64,000 bases of DNA from Candidatus Omnitrophota bacterium. Lineage in GTDB: Bacteria; Omnitrophota; Gorgyraeia; Zapsychrales; Zapsychraceae. The position numbers and the translations under genes were made by a program. Where the stretch lies: the NCBI GenBank assembly GCA_050250375.1, contig JBFWOS010000003.1, positions 17,284 to 81,283 on the forward strand, written 5' to 3'. Every line of letters begins with the position of its first letter. The first letter of the stretch is position 1. Below are positions 46,451 through 60,759 of this stretch, in pieces. The notes beneath the pieces were generated by a model. That model was not told the DNA's origin. It saw nothing but the letters and a program-made list of their open reading frames with translations, and ran no database searches.

Positions 46451-47408
46451 ACCGTATCCTCGGGTCAACTTTGGCCAGGGCTATATCCGCCAACAAGTTT
46501 CCGATCAAAAATAATAATCCGCCCATCATCATACTGGCCATGACCAAATAAATATCTTTAGACCGCACGGCGGTTAACATCAATGAACCCAACCCTGGCC
46601 AGCTGCAAATGATTTCGACCAAAGCGGCCCCGCTCAATAAACTGGAAAACTCATACCCCAACAACGTAATCATCGGGTTGACGGCATTTCGCAGGGCATG
46701 GTGATAGACAATCCTGTTTTGCGGAAGTCCTTTGGCCTTGGCGGTCAAAATATACTGCTGCCCCAGTACCTCGAGCATATTTCCGCGCATAATCCTTTGA
46801 AGTCCGGCGATTGAACCGATCGACAAAGCCACGGCCGGGATCACCAGATGCAACAAGACATCCCATATCCTGGCAAAAAAGCCGAGGTCGTCAAAATGAG
46901 GGCTGTACATACCGCCCAAAGGCAGGATGCCGGTTTGAGACGCCCAGAATAAAAAGATCATCGCCAGAAAGAAACTCGATAAGGATAACCCAATATAAGA
47001 AAAAAACTGGATAAGCCGGTCAATCCATCCGTTACGATTAAGCGCTGCCCAGATCCCGAGTGGAATTCCGATCGCCCAGGTGATGATAAAGCTGGCCAGA
47101 GAAAGAATAAATGTGTTAAACAAACGTGACCGGATGATCTCAACAACCTTAACGTTGTAATAGAAGGAATATCCCCACTCTCCCTTCAATATATTGATGA
47201 CCCAGGCCCCGTATTGCTGCGCCATGGGTTTGTCCATCCGGTAAAGAGCCTTCATCTGTTCAATCTGTTTGTCAGAAATCTGCGGATCCATGCGAAGGGT
47301 GTCCAGATAATTCCCGGGAGTCAACTGCATTAAGGCGAACGTCAGCAGTGAAATCCCCAACAGCATCGGGATCGAGATCAGTATTCTTTTAAATATAAAT
47401 TTCCACAT
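46443..47408 (-). CDS. oppB: peptide ABC transporter permease (OppB/DppB type)
   Basis: MWKFIFKRILISIPMLLGISLLTFALMQLTPG is a typical OppB/DppB N-terminus. Confidence 0.8.
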   Translation of the reverse strand: MWKFIFKRILISIPMLLGISLLTFALMQLTPGNYLDTLRMDPQISDKQIEQMKALYRMDKPMAQQYGAWVINILKGEWGYSFYYNVKVVEIIRSRLFNTFILSLASFIITWAIGIPLGIWAALNRNGWIDRLIQFFSYIGLSLSSFFLAMIFLFWASQTGILPLGGMYSPHFDDLGFFARIWDVLLHLVIPAVALSIGSIAGLQRIMRGNMLEVLGQQYILTAKAKGLPQNRIVYHHALRNAVNPMITLLGYEFSSLLSGAALVEIICSWPGLGSLMLTAVRSKDIYLVMASMMMGGLLFLIGNLLADIALAKVDPRIRYD

Positions 47409-47410
47409 GG

Positions 47411-49156
47411 CTAGCGGTATTCCTCTTTAATATAAATCTCCTCGATGTTGTGAAACACCCCGCCAAGATTCGTGGGCCGGAGGTTTCCAAATCTGTTTCG
47501 GACGGCCGAAATCTTCGCGCTCAGGACGGTGTAAATCAACGGCAATTCATTGGCAACGATATCCTGAAACTCGTCATAATATTTCTTACGTTTTTCTTCA
47601 TCCAGCTCCTGGACACCCAATGAAAATAACTCGTCAATCCTTTTTTCCCAGGGAGTGGCCGGTTTTTCCTGCCTGGGGTACCACATGTGCAACTCTCCAT
47701 CGGAATTCCAGACATTCTTGCCAAAATGCGGTTCAATCCCTCCGGTCAAACCAAGGATGATCGCGTCCCATTCAAACGTGGAATTAATTTTCTGGACCAG
47801 CGTGTTAAATTCCAGCGCCTGGAAATTAACCTTCATACCGATCCGTTCCAAGTCGGAACGGATAATGCCGGCAATATCGACCCGCTCATTGTTTCCCGCG
47901 TTCGTGAACAGATTGAACTCCACCTTCTTCCCTTGTTTATCTTCAAGAACCCCGTCCCCGTCACGGTCGATGTAACCAGCCTCCTTAAGGATTAATCTGG
48001 CTTTATCGAGATTGAATTCATATTTAACGACATCGGGTTTATGAAAAAAGCCGCCGCCCGGACCGATCGGTGAATCCTGTTCATAGCCCAGCCCGTTTTT
48101 AACGATCGCGATAATTTCTTTTTTATCAATGGCATGCGCAACGGCCCGGCGAAAATTGATATCGGTGAACCATCTTAATTTCTCCGGGACAATGTGGGAT
48201 TTATTGGAATCCTTGTTGATCCCCGAATTTTGGTTAAAAAATAAAAACTGGCTGCCCATGTCCGGCCCCAAATCATAAACTGTAAAATTACTTTTCTCCT
48301 CGTACGGTTTGATCATGGGATAGTCTCCCCCGCGGATAACCTGCGCATCTGTTTCTCCCTCAATAAATTTTAATATTTCAACATCACTGCTTTGAAGGAT
48401 GATATAAATAATTTTGTCAATATACGGCAACTGGTCGCCGTCTGCGCTCTTTTTCCAATAATACTTGTTCCGCGTCAAAACAATCCTCTGGCCGGGTTCA
48501 TACCGGCTTAATTTAAAAGGACCTGTCCCGACTATATCTTCAAGAGGCGTATCAATAGTCCATTGATAGTTAAACGTATGATCATCCACATACTGTTTTA
48601 ACTTGTGTTTAGGAAGGATTGCTCCTCCCACCGCTCTTAGGAAAGGGGCAAATTTAAGGGGAAGGATAAAACGGACGGTATGGTCATCGACTTTCTCTAC
48701 AACTATTTTTTTCCCGTCAATGGTAAAAATGTCCGCGGACGAAGACGGAATTTCTTCATTATAAATCAGTTCATTGTAGGTGAACACGACATCATCCGCC
48801 GTAAAAGGAACCCCGTCATTCCAAAGGACATCTTTACGCAGATGAAAAATCCAGGTTAACCCGTCCGGGCTGATCTCCCACGACTCAGCCAGGTTCGGCT
48901 CGGCCCTGGCATCATCCGGGTTGCTGGTGGTCAAACCTTCAAATATAGTCGCGGTGATTTCGCTCGAAGAAGCGTCTTTGATCAGGACTTCGTTAAATGT
49001 TTTCGGATCCGATGTAGTTGAGAAAACAATTTGTCCTCCATATTTTGAACTCTTGCTCTGAGCCAAACATGAAGGACTAAAGGAAACAGACAGGAATAAA
49101 AACGCGATCAGCATGCGCAAATCGCGATAATGATAAAGACGTCCCAAAAGACTCAT
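47411..49156 (-). CDS. oppA: peptide ABC transporter substrate-binding protein (solute-binding family 5)
   Basis: Family 5 solute-binding-protein architecture (~580 aa) with an N-terminal signal peptide (MLIAFLFLSVSFSPSCLAQ). The ORF-track start at 49192 is TTG. ATGs at 49156 and 49114. Confidence 0.75.
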   Translation of the reverse strand: MSLLGRLYHYRDLRMLIAFLFLSVSFSPSCLAQSKSSKYGGQIVFSTTSDPKTFNEVLIKDASSSEITATIFEGLTTSNPDDARAEPNLAESWEISPDGLTWIFHLRKDVLWNDGVPFTADDVVFTYNELIYNEEIPSSSADIFTIDGKKIVVEKVDDHTVRFILPLKFAPFLRAVGGAILPKHKLKQYVDDHTFNYQWTIDTPLEDIVGTGPFKLSRYEPGQRIVLTRNKYYWKKSADGDQLPYIDKIIYIILQSSDVEILKFIEGETDAQVIRGGDYPMIKPYEEKSNFTVYDLGPDMGSQFLFFNQNSGINKDSNKSHIVPEKLRWFTDINFRRAVAHAIDKKEIIAIVKNGLGYEQDSPIGPGGGFFHKPDVVKYEFNLDKARLILKEAGYIDRDGDGVLEDKQGKKVEFNLFTNAGNNERVDIAGIIRSDLERIGMKVNFQALEFNTLVQKINSTFEWDAIILGLTGGIEPHFGKNVWNSDGELHMWYPRQEKPATPWEKRIDELFSLGVQELDEEKRKKYYDEFQDIVANELPLIYTVLSAKISAVRNRFGNLRPTNLGGVFHNIEEIYIKEEYR

Positions 49157-49200
49157 AAATACTCTTGTTATGGCACAACGGCCGGTTAACAATGGCTTGG

Positions 49201-49560
49201 TTAAGGCTGTTTCTGCGAAATTGGTGTCTTATCAGGAATTCTTTCGATCAAATCTTTTGTCGCGTCTTCCGATAACGGTAAGGCCGGCACTTCCGGGGCC
49301 ATAGGCGCGGCGACTTTGTTTGGCATCAGCGACTTCCCGCTTTTCGTCGAAAGGACGGCTAGGCTTAGGCACGTCACGATAAATATGACGGTTAATATCG
49401 TTGTGGCTTTGATCATAAACTCATTCGTCTGGGCGCCGAACATGGATTCAGCGGACGAGAATCCTTCGGTCAATCCGCCGCCACGGCCGGACTGCATCAA
49501 AATAACGACTGTCAGAAGAATACATACAATCGCGTGTATAAACATAATAAATCCCATCAT
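49201..49560 (-). CDS. secG: preprotein translocase subunit SecG
   Basis: IHAIVCILLTVVILMQSGRGGGL (the LLQ..KGGG motif of SecG) and a second TM helix. Classical pgk-tpiA-secG synteny. Confidence 0.8.
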   Translation of the reverse strand: MMGFIMFIHAIVCILLTVVILMQSGRGGGLTEGFSSAESMFGAQTNEFMIKATTILTVIFIVTCLSLAVLSTKSGKSLMPNKVAAPMAPEVPALPLSEDATKDLIERIPDKTPISQKQP

Positions 49561-49584
49561 TTCAATATCTCCCTTTAAATTAAA

Positions 49585-50352
49585 TTACTTGGCTACACCC
49601 ATACAATTTTTTACAATTTGGATAAACGAATCACTTTTAAGACTGGCCCCGCCAACAAGTGCCCCGTCGATATCCACTTGTGAGACTAATTCTTCTATAT
49701 TTTCCGGCTTAACGCTTCCACCGTATTGAATCCTTATGGATTCGGCCGTTTCCGGACCGAATGCCTTGGTTAATAACTGCCGGATAAACTGGTGAACTTC
49801 CTGGGCCTGTTCCTTCGTCGCGGTCTTTCCGGTTCCGATGGCCCAAACCGGTTCATAGGCAATCACCATCTTTTTCATCTCAGCATCCGAGAACCCGGCA
49901 AATGAACCATTAAATTGTTTTTGAATAACATCCTTGGTTTTGCCCGCTTCCCGTTCTTCCAAAAGTTCACCGACGCAGACAATCGGTATCAATTCGTGCT
50001 TCAAAGCCGCTTTAATCTTTTTATTAACCGTCGCGTCCGTTTCTCCAAAAAATTGCCGCCGTTCGGAGTGACCGATAATGACATATTGCGCTCCTGCTTC
50101 TTTTATAAGCGGCGCGGAAACTTCACCGGTAAATGCGCCGGCATCTTCCCAATAAATATTCTGGGCACCCAGGCCGATATGGCTGTCCACCAACACGTCG
50201 CTAACGTCCCGCAATGCCGTAAACACCGGGCAAACCACGACATCCACTTCCGTAATGTCACTCAGCTCACGATTGAGTTCAGTCACCAGTTCCATCGCCT
50301 CTTTACAATTCTTATTCAATTTCCAATTTCCGGCAATTATCGTTTTTCTCAT
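49585..50352 (-). CDS. tpiA: triosephosphate isomerase
   Basis: [11 protein letters not shown] and the active-site region ([21 protein letters not shown]). Confidence 0.9.
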   Translation of the reverse strand: MRKTIIAGNWKLNKNCKEAMELVTELNRELSDITEVDVVVCPVFTALRDVSDVLVDSHIGLGAQNIYWEDAGAFTGEVSAPLIKEAGAQYVIIGHSERRQFFGETDATVNKKIKAALKHELIPIVCVGELLEEREAGKTKDVIQKQFNGSFAGFSDAEMKKMVIAYEPVWAIGTGKTATKEQAQEVHQFIRQLLTKAFGPETAESIRIQYGGSVKPENIEELVSQVDIDGALVGGASLKSDSFIQIVKNCMGVAK

Positions 50353-51545
50353 GCCTTCACCTTATCCTTGTTCATTAAAGCCGAAATACCGGGCAGTTCC
50401 TTGCCTTCCAGCAGCTCCAGGGACGCTCCGCCCCCCGTTGAGATATGCGTCATCTTATCCGCCACATTAAATTTCTTGGCCGCGGCCGCTGAATCACCCC
50501 CGCCAACAATCGTCGTTGCATTATTCAAAGTCGCCAAGTATTCAGCGATCTCTTTTGTTCCCTGGGCGTATGGTTCAATCTCAAAAACCCCTACCGGTCC
50601 GTTCCAGACGATTGTTTTAGCCGTAGAGAGTACTTTTTTAAAAGCTTCACGGGTTTTCGGCCCGATATCAATACTTTCCGTACCATCAGGAATGTCATCA
50701 ACAATCCGCACCGTATCCTGTTTAGAAAAATCATCCACAATGACAAAATCGGTTGTCAGGACAATATTGACACCGGTTGCCTTGGCTTTTTCCATCAAAT
50801 CTTTGGCCGTGTTGACGCGGTCTTTTTCCAAAAGAGAATTCCCGACATTCTTGCCCAAGGCCTTTAAAAAAGTATAGGCCATCCCGCCGCCGATAAGAAT
50901 GGCATCCGCCTTCTTCAATAAATTCTCGATCAGAAGGATTTTATCCGACACTTTTGCCCCCCCCATAATGACAACATACGGTCTGGCCGGATTGCTGACC
51001 GCCTGCCCCAGATATTCCAACTCTTTCTCAAGGAGAAAACCGGCGACTGAAGGCAGGAATTTAGTGATGCCTTCGGTCGAAGCATGCGCCCGGTGAGCCG
51101 TTCCAAACGCGTCATTGACATAAATGTCCGCAAAAGAGGCCAATGCTTTGGCAAAGGACGGGTCATTTTTCTCTTCTTCTTCATGAAAACGGAGGTTTTC
51201 CAGCATAACGACCCGCTGGGAGCCTTTGCTGATAGAAGAAGACACAATTTTCCCGATACAGTCTTCGGTCATCAAGACATCTTCTCCCAGCAATTCCTCC
51301 AACTTTTTGGCGACAGGAGTAAGCCTCATCGTTTCATTCACTTTTCCCTTGGGTCTTCCTAAATGACTCATCAAAATCAGTTTGGCAGGCTTTTGTTCTA
51401 ATATATATTGAATTGTCGGCAAAGATGCCTGAATGCGGTTATCATCGGTAATATTTTGCTGTTCATCCAGCGGGACGTTAAAATCGACCCGCATAATGAT
51501 CTTCTTTCCGTTTAAATCCATATCTCTGACAGTTAATTTGTTCAT
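50349..51545 (-). CDS. pgk: phosphoglycerate kinase
   Basis: [22 protein letters not shown] and a C-terminal [12 protein letters not shown]. The ORF-track start at 51554 is TTG and an ATG at 51545 gives [11 protein letters not shown].... Confidence 0.9.
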   Translation of the reverse strand: MNKLTVRDMDLNGKKIIMRVDFNVPLDEQQNITDDNRIQASLPTIQYILEQKPAKLILMSHLGRPKGKVNETMRLTPVAKKLEELLGEDVLMTEDCIGKIVSSSISKGSQRVVMLENLRFHEEEEKNDPSFAKALASFADIYVNDAFGTAHRAHASTEGITKFLPSVAGFLLEKELEYLGQAVSNPARPYVVIMGGAKVSDKILLIENLLKKADAILIGGGMAYTFLKALGKNVGNSLLEKDRVNTAKDLMEKAKATGVNIVLTTDFVIVDDFSKQDTVRIVDDIPDGTESIDIGPKTREAFKKVLSTAKTIVWNGPVGVFEIEPYAQGTKEIAEYLATLNNATTIVGGGDSAAAAKKFNVADKMTHISTGGGASLELLEGKELPGISALMNKDKVKA

Positions 51546-51597
51546 GACAATCAATATCCTTTATTATTCTAATATTATATTTATTACCTAAATTTAA

Positions 51598-51632
51598 TCT
51601 GTTTATTATATCCAAACACTTTATTTTGTCAA
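51598..51632 (-). promoter_or_regulatory. near-consensus sigma-70 promoter upstream of pgk (TTGACA, 16 nt spacer, TATAAT)
   Basis: Minus-strand TTGACA at 51632-51627, a 16 nt spacer, then TATAAT at 51610-51605. An AAAGGA ribosome-binding site precedes the pgk ATG. Confidence 0.45.
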
Positions 51633-51705
51633 ATTATAATCTGCCCTGGCAAATAAATCATAAATAGCTTTAAATAAATAACTTACAATAAATATAATCC
51701 ATTTT

Positions 51706-54988
<3,283 letters not shown>

Positions 54989-54996
<8 letters not shown>

Positions 54997-56320
54997 ACTG
55001 ACCACCCCTTTCTTTCTGAATCGAAAAGCCGTTAATGACCATCAATAATCCGGCCATATACCAAAAATAAGATGATAACTGCAAAGAATAAAAATTGGTA
55101 TCAAAAAAACTCTGCGTTAAAAAAGCAACTAATCCCGATAACAAACCAAATGCGAGAAATAATCCATCATCCTTATCTACAAAGAATATCTTAATCTGCC
55201 GTATGGAATCCTTAAACAACCGAAATAAAATCCAGAAGAAGGCCCCTAAACTGAAAATTCCCGTTTCCGCCCAGATTTGCAAAAAACAATTGTGGGCAAA
55301 AGTCGGTGAATGATTTGAATAAGTCATTAAATGACGATATTTCCCCAAGGCTTTTCTCCGGTATTTTTCATTAAAGACCCGCATATAGGTATTGGGTCCG
55401 TGGCCCAATAGAGGTCTATCCTTAATCATTTTAAAGGTGTCCTCCCATACAACAATCCTGAAATCAGACGTTCTCCTGTTTAGAAAACCAAACTGAGGAT
55501 AATCACCTAAACTGATTTTACTCATGACGACGATCATCAGCCCAGCCAGATACAATATCACATAGGCCTTCACTTTTTCCTGCTTGAGATGATAAAGAAC
55601 GGTAAATACGATAAATAGGCCGCTTAAACCAATCCCCAAAATAGCACCCCTCGAAAATGACAGCACCAGGGACCAGATAAAAATAAAGATGGCTCCCAAG
55701 ATAAAACCCCGAACTTTCGGCATTTTTGCCCTATCAAAAAGTTGTAGCGCAAACAATGGTAACAAAATTGTATAAATGGCCCCCAGGCTGGACGGAGCTT
55801 CGAAACTGCCGGTCGCCCGCGCTCCGGGTTTAATCATCCGCCCCATAAAAATATCCCGATGAGTTATATAATATTGCTGAATACTGTCCAGGGCCAGGGC
55901 AATGATTGTAATGGTCAAGGTGGTTAGAGCGATATGGACATGTTTTCGATTTTTAAACGATTCACACACCAGAAAGAAAATAACAAACCATTCACACGTC
56001 TTGGAAATCAGACCATGAATGGCTTTTGACGAATATTCACTGAGGATGGCGGAGGCCAGACAAAATCCGAGAAAAATAAAAATTGGGAGCGTAAGACCAT
56101 TGCGTGGAGGTCTAAAACTTTTGATGAAATAAATCCCATGTTCTACTACAGACATTTTCGTTTTATCAGTTAAACAGAAAAGGACAACCCTTTTGACGAT
56201 CCATAACAAAAAGGCCAGCCCAACGCAAACCTCAATGACCGCCTGGCTGTAAGGCATCCAGAATATCAATACATACATCAAAAATCTGATCCATTGATCC
56301 AGACGTTCTGTCCAATGCAT
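54989..56320 (-). CDS. O-antigen ligase family (Wzy_C domain) polytopic membrane protein
   Basis: [14 protein letters not shown] and [19 protein letters not shown] motifs. Paralogous in architecture to 51706-53040. The ORF-track start at 56329 is TTG and an ATG lies at 56320. Confidence 0.6.
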
Positions 56321-56325
56321 ATGGG

Positions 56326-57753
56326 TCAATAGGCCCCCTTTCCTTTTATGACAACCGGAAGGGTTTGAAACAGGATATTAATATCCAGCCAGAAAGACCA
56401 GTTATTGATGTACCAGACATCCCATCTCAACAGACGGGAAAACGAGACATCACTTCTTCCTCTGACCTGCCATAATCCCGTCATACCCGGGCGAACCTCC
56501 AACCGTTGCAGCTGCCGCAGGTCTTCCCGCTCAACTTCGGAAGTCAAAAGCGGGCGCGGGCCGACCAGACTCATATCCCCTTTGATGACGTTGATCAATT
56601 GGGGAAGCTCATCCAGGCTGTATTTACGTAAAATCTTTCCAAAAGAAGTAACCCGCGGATCTTCTTTGATTTTAAAAATGGGACCGTCCACTTCATTTCT
56701 GGACCGTAATTCCTTTAATTTCTTATCGGCATCTTTCACCATGCTTCGAAATTTCAACATTCTGAATTTCTGCCCCTTACGCCCGTAACGTAATGAAATA
56801 TGAAAAACCGGCCCGGGGGAATCCAGTTTAATCATGATCGAGATCATTAACAGTAGCGGGGCTAAAATGACCGTAAAAATCACGGCAAAGATAAAATCAA
56901 AAACCCTTTTTCCGAATTGCTGACGGATCGTGTGCAGCCCGGAATACTGCAGAACTGGAATGATCCCGATATTGGAATTGGAAAACTGGCCGCCGATCAG
57001 CTGATATCCGTGCGGGACCACATGCACGTCAATCCCGAATTCTTTGGCCTGTTCAAGGATCTCGGACAATTTATTTTCTTCCAGATGGATCGTGATATAA
57101 ATGCGGGTAATAAATTCCTTTCTGGCCAGCTTGACAAAATCCGGGATCTTGCCGATCACATCGATCTTGTTGATCGCCTGATCCCTCGGTTTAAAGTCAT
57201 CCAGAAACCCGACAATATTCAAACCCAGTCCCGGCCGGCTCCTGATCTCATCCACCAAAGAAACCCCAACCTTTCCGGCCCCGATAATCAGAATATTGAA
57301 ATTATTGTACCCGTGGGAAACGATATAATCGACGAAAACCCGTTTGATCACTCTCCAGATGGACAGATATCCGAACAGAAAAAGAAACGACGTTGAGAAT
57401 ATTGTCCGTGGAAAACCCTCAATTTTAACCACATAAATTGAAACGATAATGATCAAGGCGGCCAGCATGTTCGCCTTCAATACCTGCCAGACTTCCAGGA
57501 TCTCGGATTCTTCCCGCTTGGTTTCATAAAGCCCGATGGAATAATTCAAAATTAGAATGACCAGCATCCAGAAATTAAAGACAGGCCGGAAAGGATTTTC
57601 CGGGGAAAAAAATAAATTGTAGAATGTCAGGTCGAATTTAAGTTTTCCGGGCAGGATAAAACTGGCGCAATAAAACGCCAGGACAATAATAACGATATCA
57701 ATAAAGATGTACCCCAGGCGAATGAGGTATCGTTTGGCCAGCAGGTTAACCAT
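56326..57753 (-). CDS. polyprenyl-phosphate hexose-1-phosphate transferase (WbaP/WcaJ-like 'bacterial sugar transferase' initiating enzyme)
   Basis: The N-terminal TM helices and a central NAD-binding-like region are followed by a C-terminal catalytic domain (GPVFHISLRYGRKGQKFRMLKFRSM ... DELPQLINVIKGDMSLVGPRP). Confidence 0.8.
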   Translation of the reverse strand: MVNLLAKRYLIRLGYIFIDIVIIVLAFYCASFILPGKLKFDLTFYNLFFSPENPFRPVFNFWMLVILILNYSIGLYETKREESEILEVWQVLKANMLAALIIIVSIYVVKIEGFPRTIFSTSFLFLFGYLSIWRVIKRVFVDYIVSHGYNNFNILIIGAGKVGVSLVDEIRSRPGLGLNIVGFLDDFKPRDQAINKIDVIGKIPDFVKLARKEFITRIYITIHLEENKLSEILEQAKEFGIDVHVVPHGYQLIGGQFSNSNIGIIPVLQYSGLHTIRQQFGKRVFDFIFAVIFTVILAPLLLMISIMIKLDSPGPVFHISLRYGRKGQKFRMLKFRSMVKDADKKLKELRSRNEVDGPIFKIKEDPRVTSFGKILRKYSLDELPQLINVIKGDMSLVGPRPLLTSEVEREDLRQLQRLEVRPGMTGLWQVRGRSDVSFSRLLRWDVWYINNWSFWLDINILFQTLPVVIKGKGAY

Positions 57754-58498
57754 GTTTGAACAGTTCTTTTTTGATCAGATAATAAATAAATTTTGAATTC
57801 CCGAATAAATATCTTTTCCAAAGACGTTTCGGCTCACTGCACAGCCGATAAAACCATTCCAGCCCGTACCGTCTCATCCACTGCGGGGCGCGTTTTTTTT
57901 GGCCTGATAGAAAATCAAAAGCCGCCCCCACCCCAAGCAGGACCGGAACATTCAGCAGGTGACGATGATTGTACATCCAGACATCCTGTTTGGGAGAACC
58001 CAGGCCAACCCATAGAACATCGGCCTTTGAAGAATTAATCGCGTCAATGACACCCTGATCTTCCAGCTGCCCCGCCATACGCTGACCCGGCGTATAATAT
58101 CCGGCCACCTGCAGCTCTGGAAACTTTTCTTTTAACCGGGTAATTAATCCCTGCATCCCTTTTTCATTACCTCCAAAGAAATAATGCCGGATACCGGGTT
58201 GCTGCCCTATCCGGCAAAACTCCTGCAAAAAATCAGGCCCGCAGGTCCTTTGTATCGTCTGGCTTCCTTTAAACCGCCCGAGCCACACCAGGGGAATTCC
58301 ATCAGGTACAGTCAGTCCGGCCTTGTTGATAATTGCGTGATAACTGGAATTGTTCTGACAGTCAACTAACGTGGAAACCGGAGCGAAGCAGATATAAGTT
58401 TTAGAGTGTTCCTTAATGGCCTGCTGGACAAACTGAGTCGTTCTGATAATGTCAGTATCGGCCACTTCAACACCCAACATACTAATTTTATTAATCAT
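57746..58498 (-). CDS. WecB/TagA/CpsF-family glycosyltransferase (GT26)
   Basis: About 250 aa with GT26 blocks (FAPVSTLVDCQNN, DGIPLVWLGRFKG, GVGAAFDFLSGQKKRAPQWM...LEWFYRL). Confidence 0.75.
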   Translation of the reverse strand: MINKISMLGVEVADTDIIRTTQFVQQAIKEHSKTYICFAPVSTLVDCQNNSSYHAIINKAGLTVPDGIPLVWLGRFKGSQTIQRTCGPDFLQEFCRIGQQPGIRHYFFGGNEKGMQGLITRLKEKFPELQVAGYYTPGQRMAGQLEDQGVIDAINSSKADVLWVGLGSPKQDVWMYNHRHLLNVPVLLGVGAAFDFLSGQKKRAPQWMRRYGLEWFYRLCSEPKRLWKRYLFGNSKFIYYLIKKELFKHG

Positions 58499-58609
58499 TT
58501 TTTATTAATATTTATAATATTAAAAAGGCAAGTTACTTTGAATACTACCACAACAGACCTGAATTAAAAAGTTATTTCTAAGAACCGTTGAGCGGCGGGG
58601 CAAACTTTC

Positions 58610-59782
58610 TCAAGCCTGCTGCAAAACCTGCTGATAAATCTTCATCAATGCGGAATAATTTACATCTGAGGAAAAAGATTGAATATATTTGTTAAACGCC
58701 TGTTGTTTTATCCCTGCATAGCCCTTTTCATTTAAGCATAGTCTAACGGCGTCAACCAATGCCCCGGGATTTCCGGGTTCAAACAAAAATCCCTCTTTTT
58801 GATCATGAATAATTTCCTGAAGGCTTCCCAGCCGGCTGGCGACAACCGGAATTCCATAGGCCATTGCTTCCGCGACTATCCGTGGGAAATTTTCATAACA
58901 AATCGACGGGACAACGACCATACGGGCCCCGCGCATTAATTGATCGTATTTGTCTTGTCCCACATGACCGAGCAATGAAACATTCGTCAACTGGTTATTG
59001 TGAATAAAACCGGATACATACGGCATCAGCGGCCCGTCACCTGCGATTATTAACGGATACTCTTTGATCTCTTTCCAGGCCTTGATCAGGACCTCTACCC
59101 CTTTTTCATCACTCAGCCGTCCGACATAGAGCGCGTACCCCTGGTCCACCGCCTGCTCTTTAGTCGGAGGATAAATGAAATTAGGTTTGATAAAGATTTT
59201 ATCCGGTGCGATCCCGGCCCGGACATATTTCTGCTTGGTGAATTCTGTCGCCGTAATATATGCATCAACCTTATTTTTCCAGGTGTTCATTTTCCGGTGG
59301 GCCATCAACATCCGGACAACCAGAGCAGAAATGACCCACGACTTCTGATAACATCTGTGTTTGATTCCGTTAAACAATGATCCGTTCAGACATTTCTCGC
59401 AGACTTGGTTATTTCGAAAAAACAATCCGTTGGCACAAAGCGGGCGGAAATTGTGGAGGCTCTGGACGACCGGGATCCCTTCATCTTTACTGGCATGATA
59501 AACCGCCGGGCTCATCATAAAATAAATATTATGAAAATGCGCGATATCGGGTTTCGTATCCCGGATTAATTTTCGCAATTCCCGGTAACTTTGATCAGAC
59601 CAGGCCAGATACCACATGAACCGGGATTTTTCTCTGAAACTGAATTTTGTGAGTTCCGTATTCGAACGGCTGTAGACAATGACCTCGTGACCGTTGTCCT
59701 GAAGCAATTGCTGTTCCGCCAGCGCGACCGCGTCTTCCCCGCCGAAATTCTGATACTGATTATGCCCGATCAGAATTCTCAT
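58610..59782 (-). CDS. glycosyltransferase family 4 (GT-B fold)
   Basis: The C-terminal half has the GT4 E-x7-E-like region (MVVVPSICYENFPRIVAEAMAYGIPVVASRLGSLQEII). Confidence 0.7.
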   Translation of the reverse strand: MRILIGHNQYQNFGGEDAVALAEQQLLQDNGHEVIVYSRSNTELTKFSFREKSRFMWYLAWSDQSYRELRKLIRDTKPDIAHFHNIYFMMSPAVYHASKDEGIPVVQSLHNFRPLCANGLFFRNNQVCEKCLNGSLFNGIKHRCYQKSWVISALVVRMLMAHRKMNTWKNKVDAYITATEFTKQKYVRAGIAPDKIFIKPNFIYPPTKEQAVDQGYALYVGRLSDEKGVEVLIKAWKEIKEYPLIIAGDGPLMPYVSGFIHNNQLTNVSLLGHVGQDKYDQLMRGARMVVVPSICYENFPRIVAEAMAYGIPVVASRLGSLQEIIHDQKEGFLFEPGNPGALVDAVRLCLNEKGYAGIKQQAFNKYIQSFSSDVNYSALMKIYQQVLQQA

Positions 59783-60711
59783 AATTGAACGCCTAATTGT
59801 TTACGCCAACTCTTTAAAGTCCTGACGAGGCTTTTATCCAGACTGATTTCCTGTTTCCACGGCGTGTGGGCTCTTAATTTGGCATTGGACCCGATCACAT
59901 CAAAACTTTTTGAACCGGAACTTTCATCTTCAATAATCTCAACATCGGTCAACCTGGAAAAAAGAATCAATTTGAACAGCAGATCTTCAATCCTGGTCGG
60001 AACCGATGAACAGACATTATAAATCTGCCCGGACCGGCCGGACTCGGCCAAATGCCATAGGGCCGAGCAGATGTCCTCAATATCCAGAAAATCGCGGCGG
60101 CCTTTCAGGCTCATCGTGTTCAATGCGCCTGTTTTGTTCCCCTGTTCCAATCGAACAATCTCTTTAGAAAATCGGCCGGCTGCCAGTTGATCCGGCGTAT
60201 TTGCACCCGTGATATTAAACAGGCGCGCGACAACCACATTAAAACCCAGGGTTGAATACTGGAATGCTAAGTCTGTCTGTTTAAATTTTACTTTTCCATA
60301 ATCGGACAGCGGGACGGCTATGGCTCGTTCACTGATCCGTCGGACATTAGCCGGCGGCTCCCCGTACTCGGCGGCTGATCCTGGAATAACGATTTTAGCG
60401 GGGATGTGGGCAATCTGGAGTAACGTTGTAAATAACGCTTTTGTGGTTTCGATATTGGATTCTTTCAGCTTCGCGGCATCATTCATCCGACCGCCGGCCA
60501 GATGAAAAATATAATCCGGGGAGATATTATCCAGGAAATGACCGAATCTTCTGGAATCACGCATATCCATGGATGAAATGCCAGGAACGCCTGAAGTTTT
60601 CATCAGATCTATTCCAAACACTTGAATAGTCTTTTTATGTCTTTTTAGAAACTGCCACAACGCCTGGCCAATAAAACCATTCACTCCGGTAATAAGCGCT
60701 TTTTTTTTCAT
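59779..60711 (-). CDS. NAD-dependent epimerase/dehydratase family protein
   Basis: KKALITGVNGFIGQAL is a Rossmann motif and the length of ~310 aa fits SDR-extended sugar epimerases or reductases. Confidence 0.65.
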   Translation of the reverse strand: MKKKALITGVNGFIGQALWQFLKRHKKTIQVFGIDLMKTSGVPGISSMDMRDSRRFGHFLDNISPDYIFHLAGGRMNDAAKLKESNIETTKALFTTLLQIAHIPAKIVIPGSAAEYGEPPANVRRISERAIAVPLSDYGKVKFKQTDLAFQYSTLGFNVVVARLFNITGANTPDQLAAGRFSKEIVRLEQGNKTGALNTMSLKGRRDFLDIEDICSALWHLAESGRSGQIYNVCSSVPTRIEDLLFKLILFSRLTDVEIIEDESSGSKSFDVIGSNAKLRAHTPWKQEISLDKSLVRTLKSWRKQLGVQL

Positions 60712-60759
60712 GCTGAAAGTAGAAGTCTCATGTCACAAGGGCACACGCCCCATACGACC

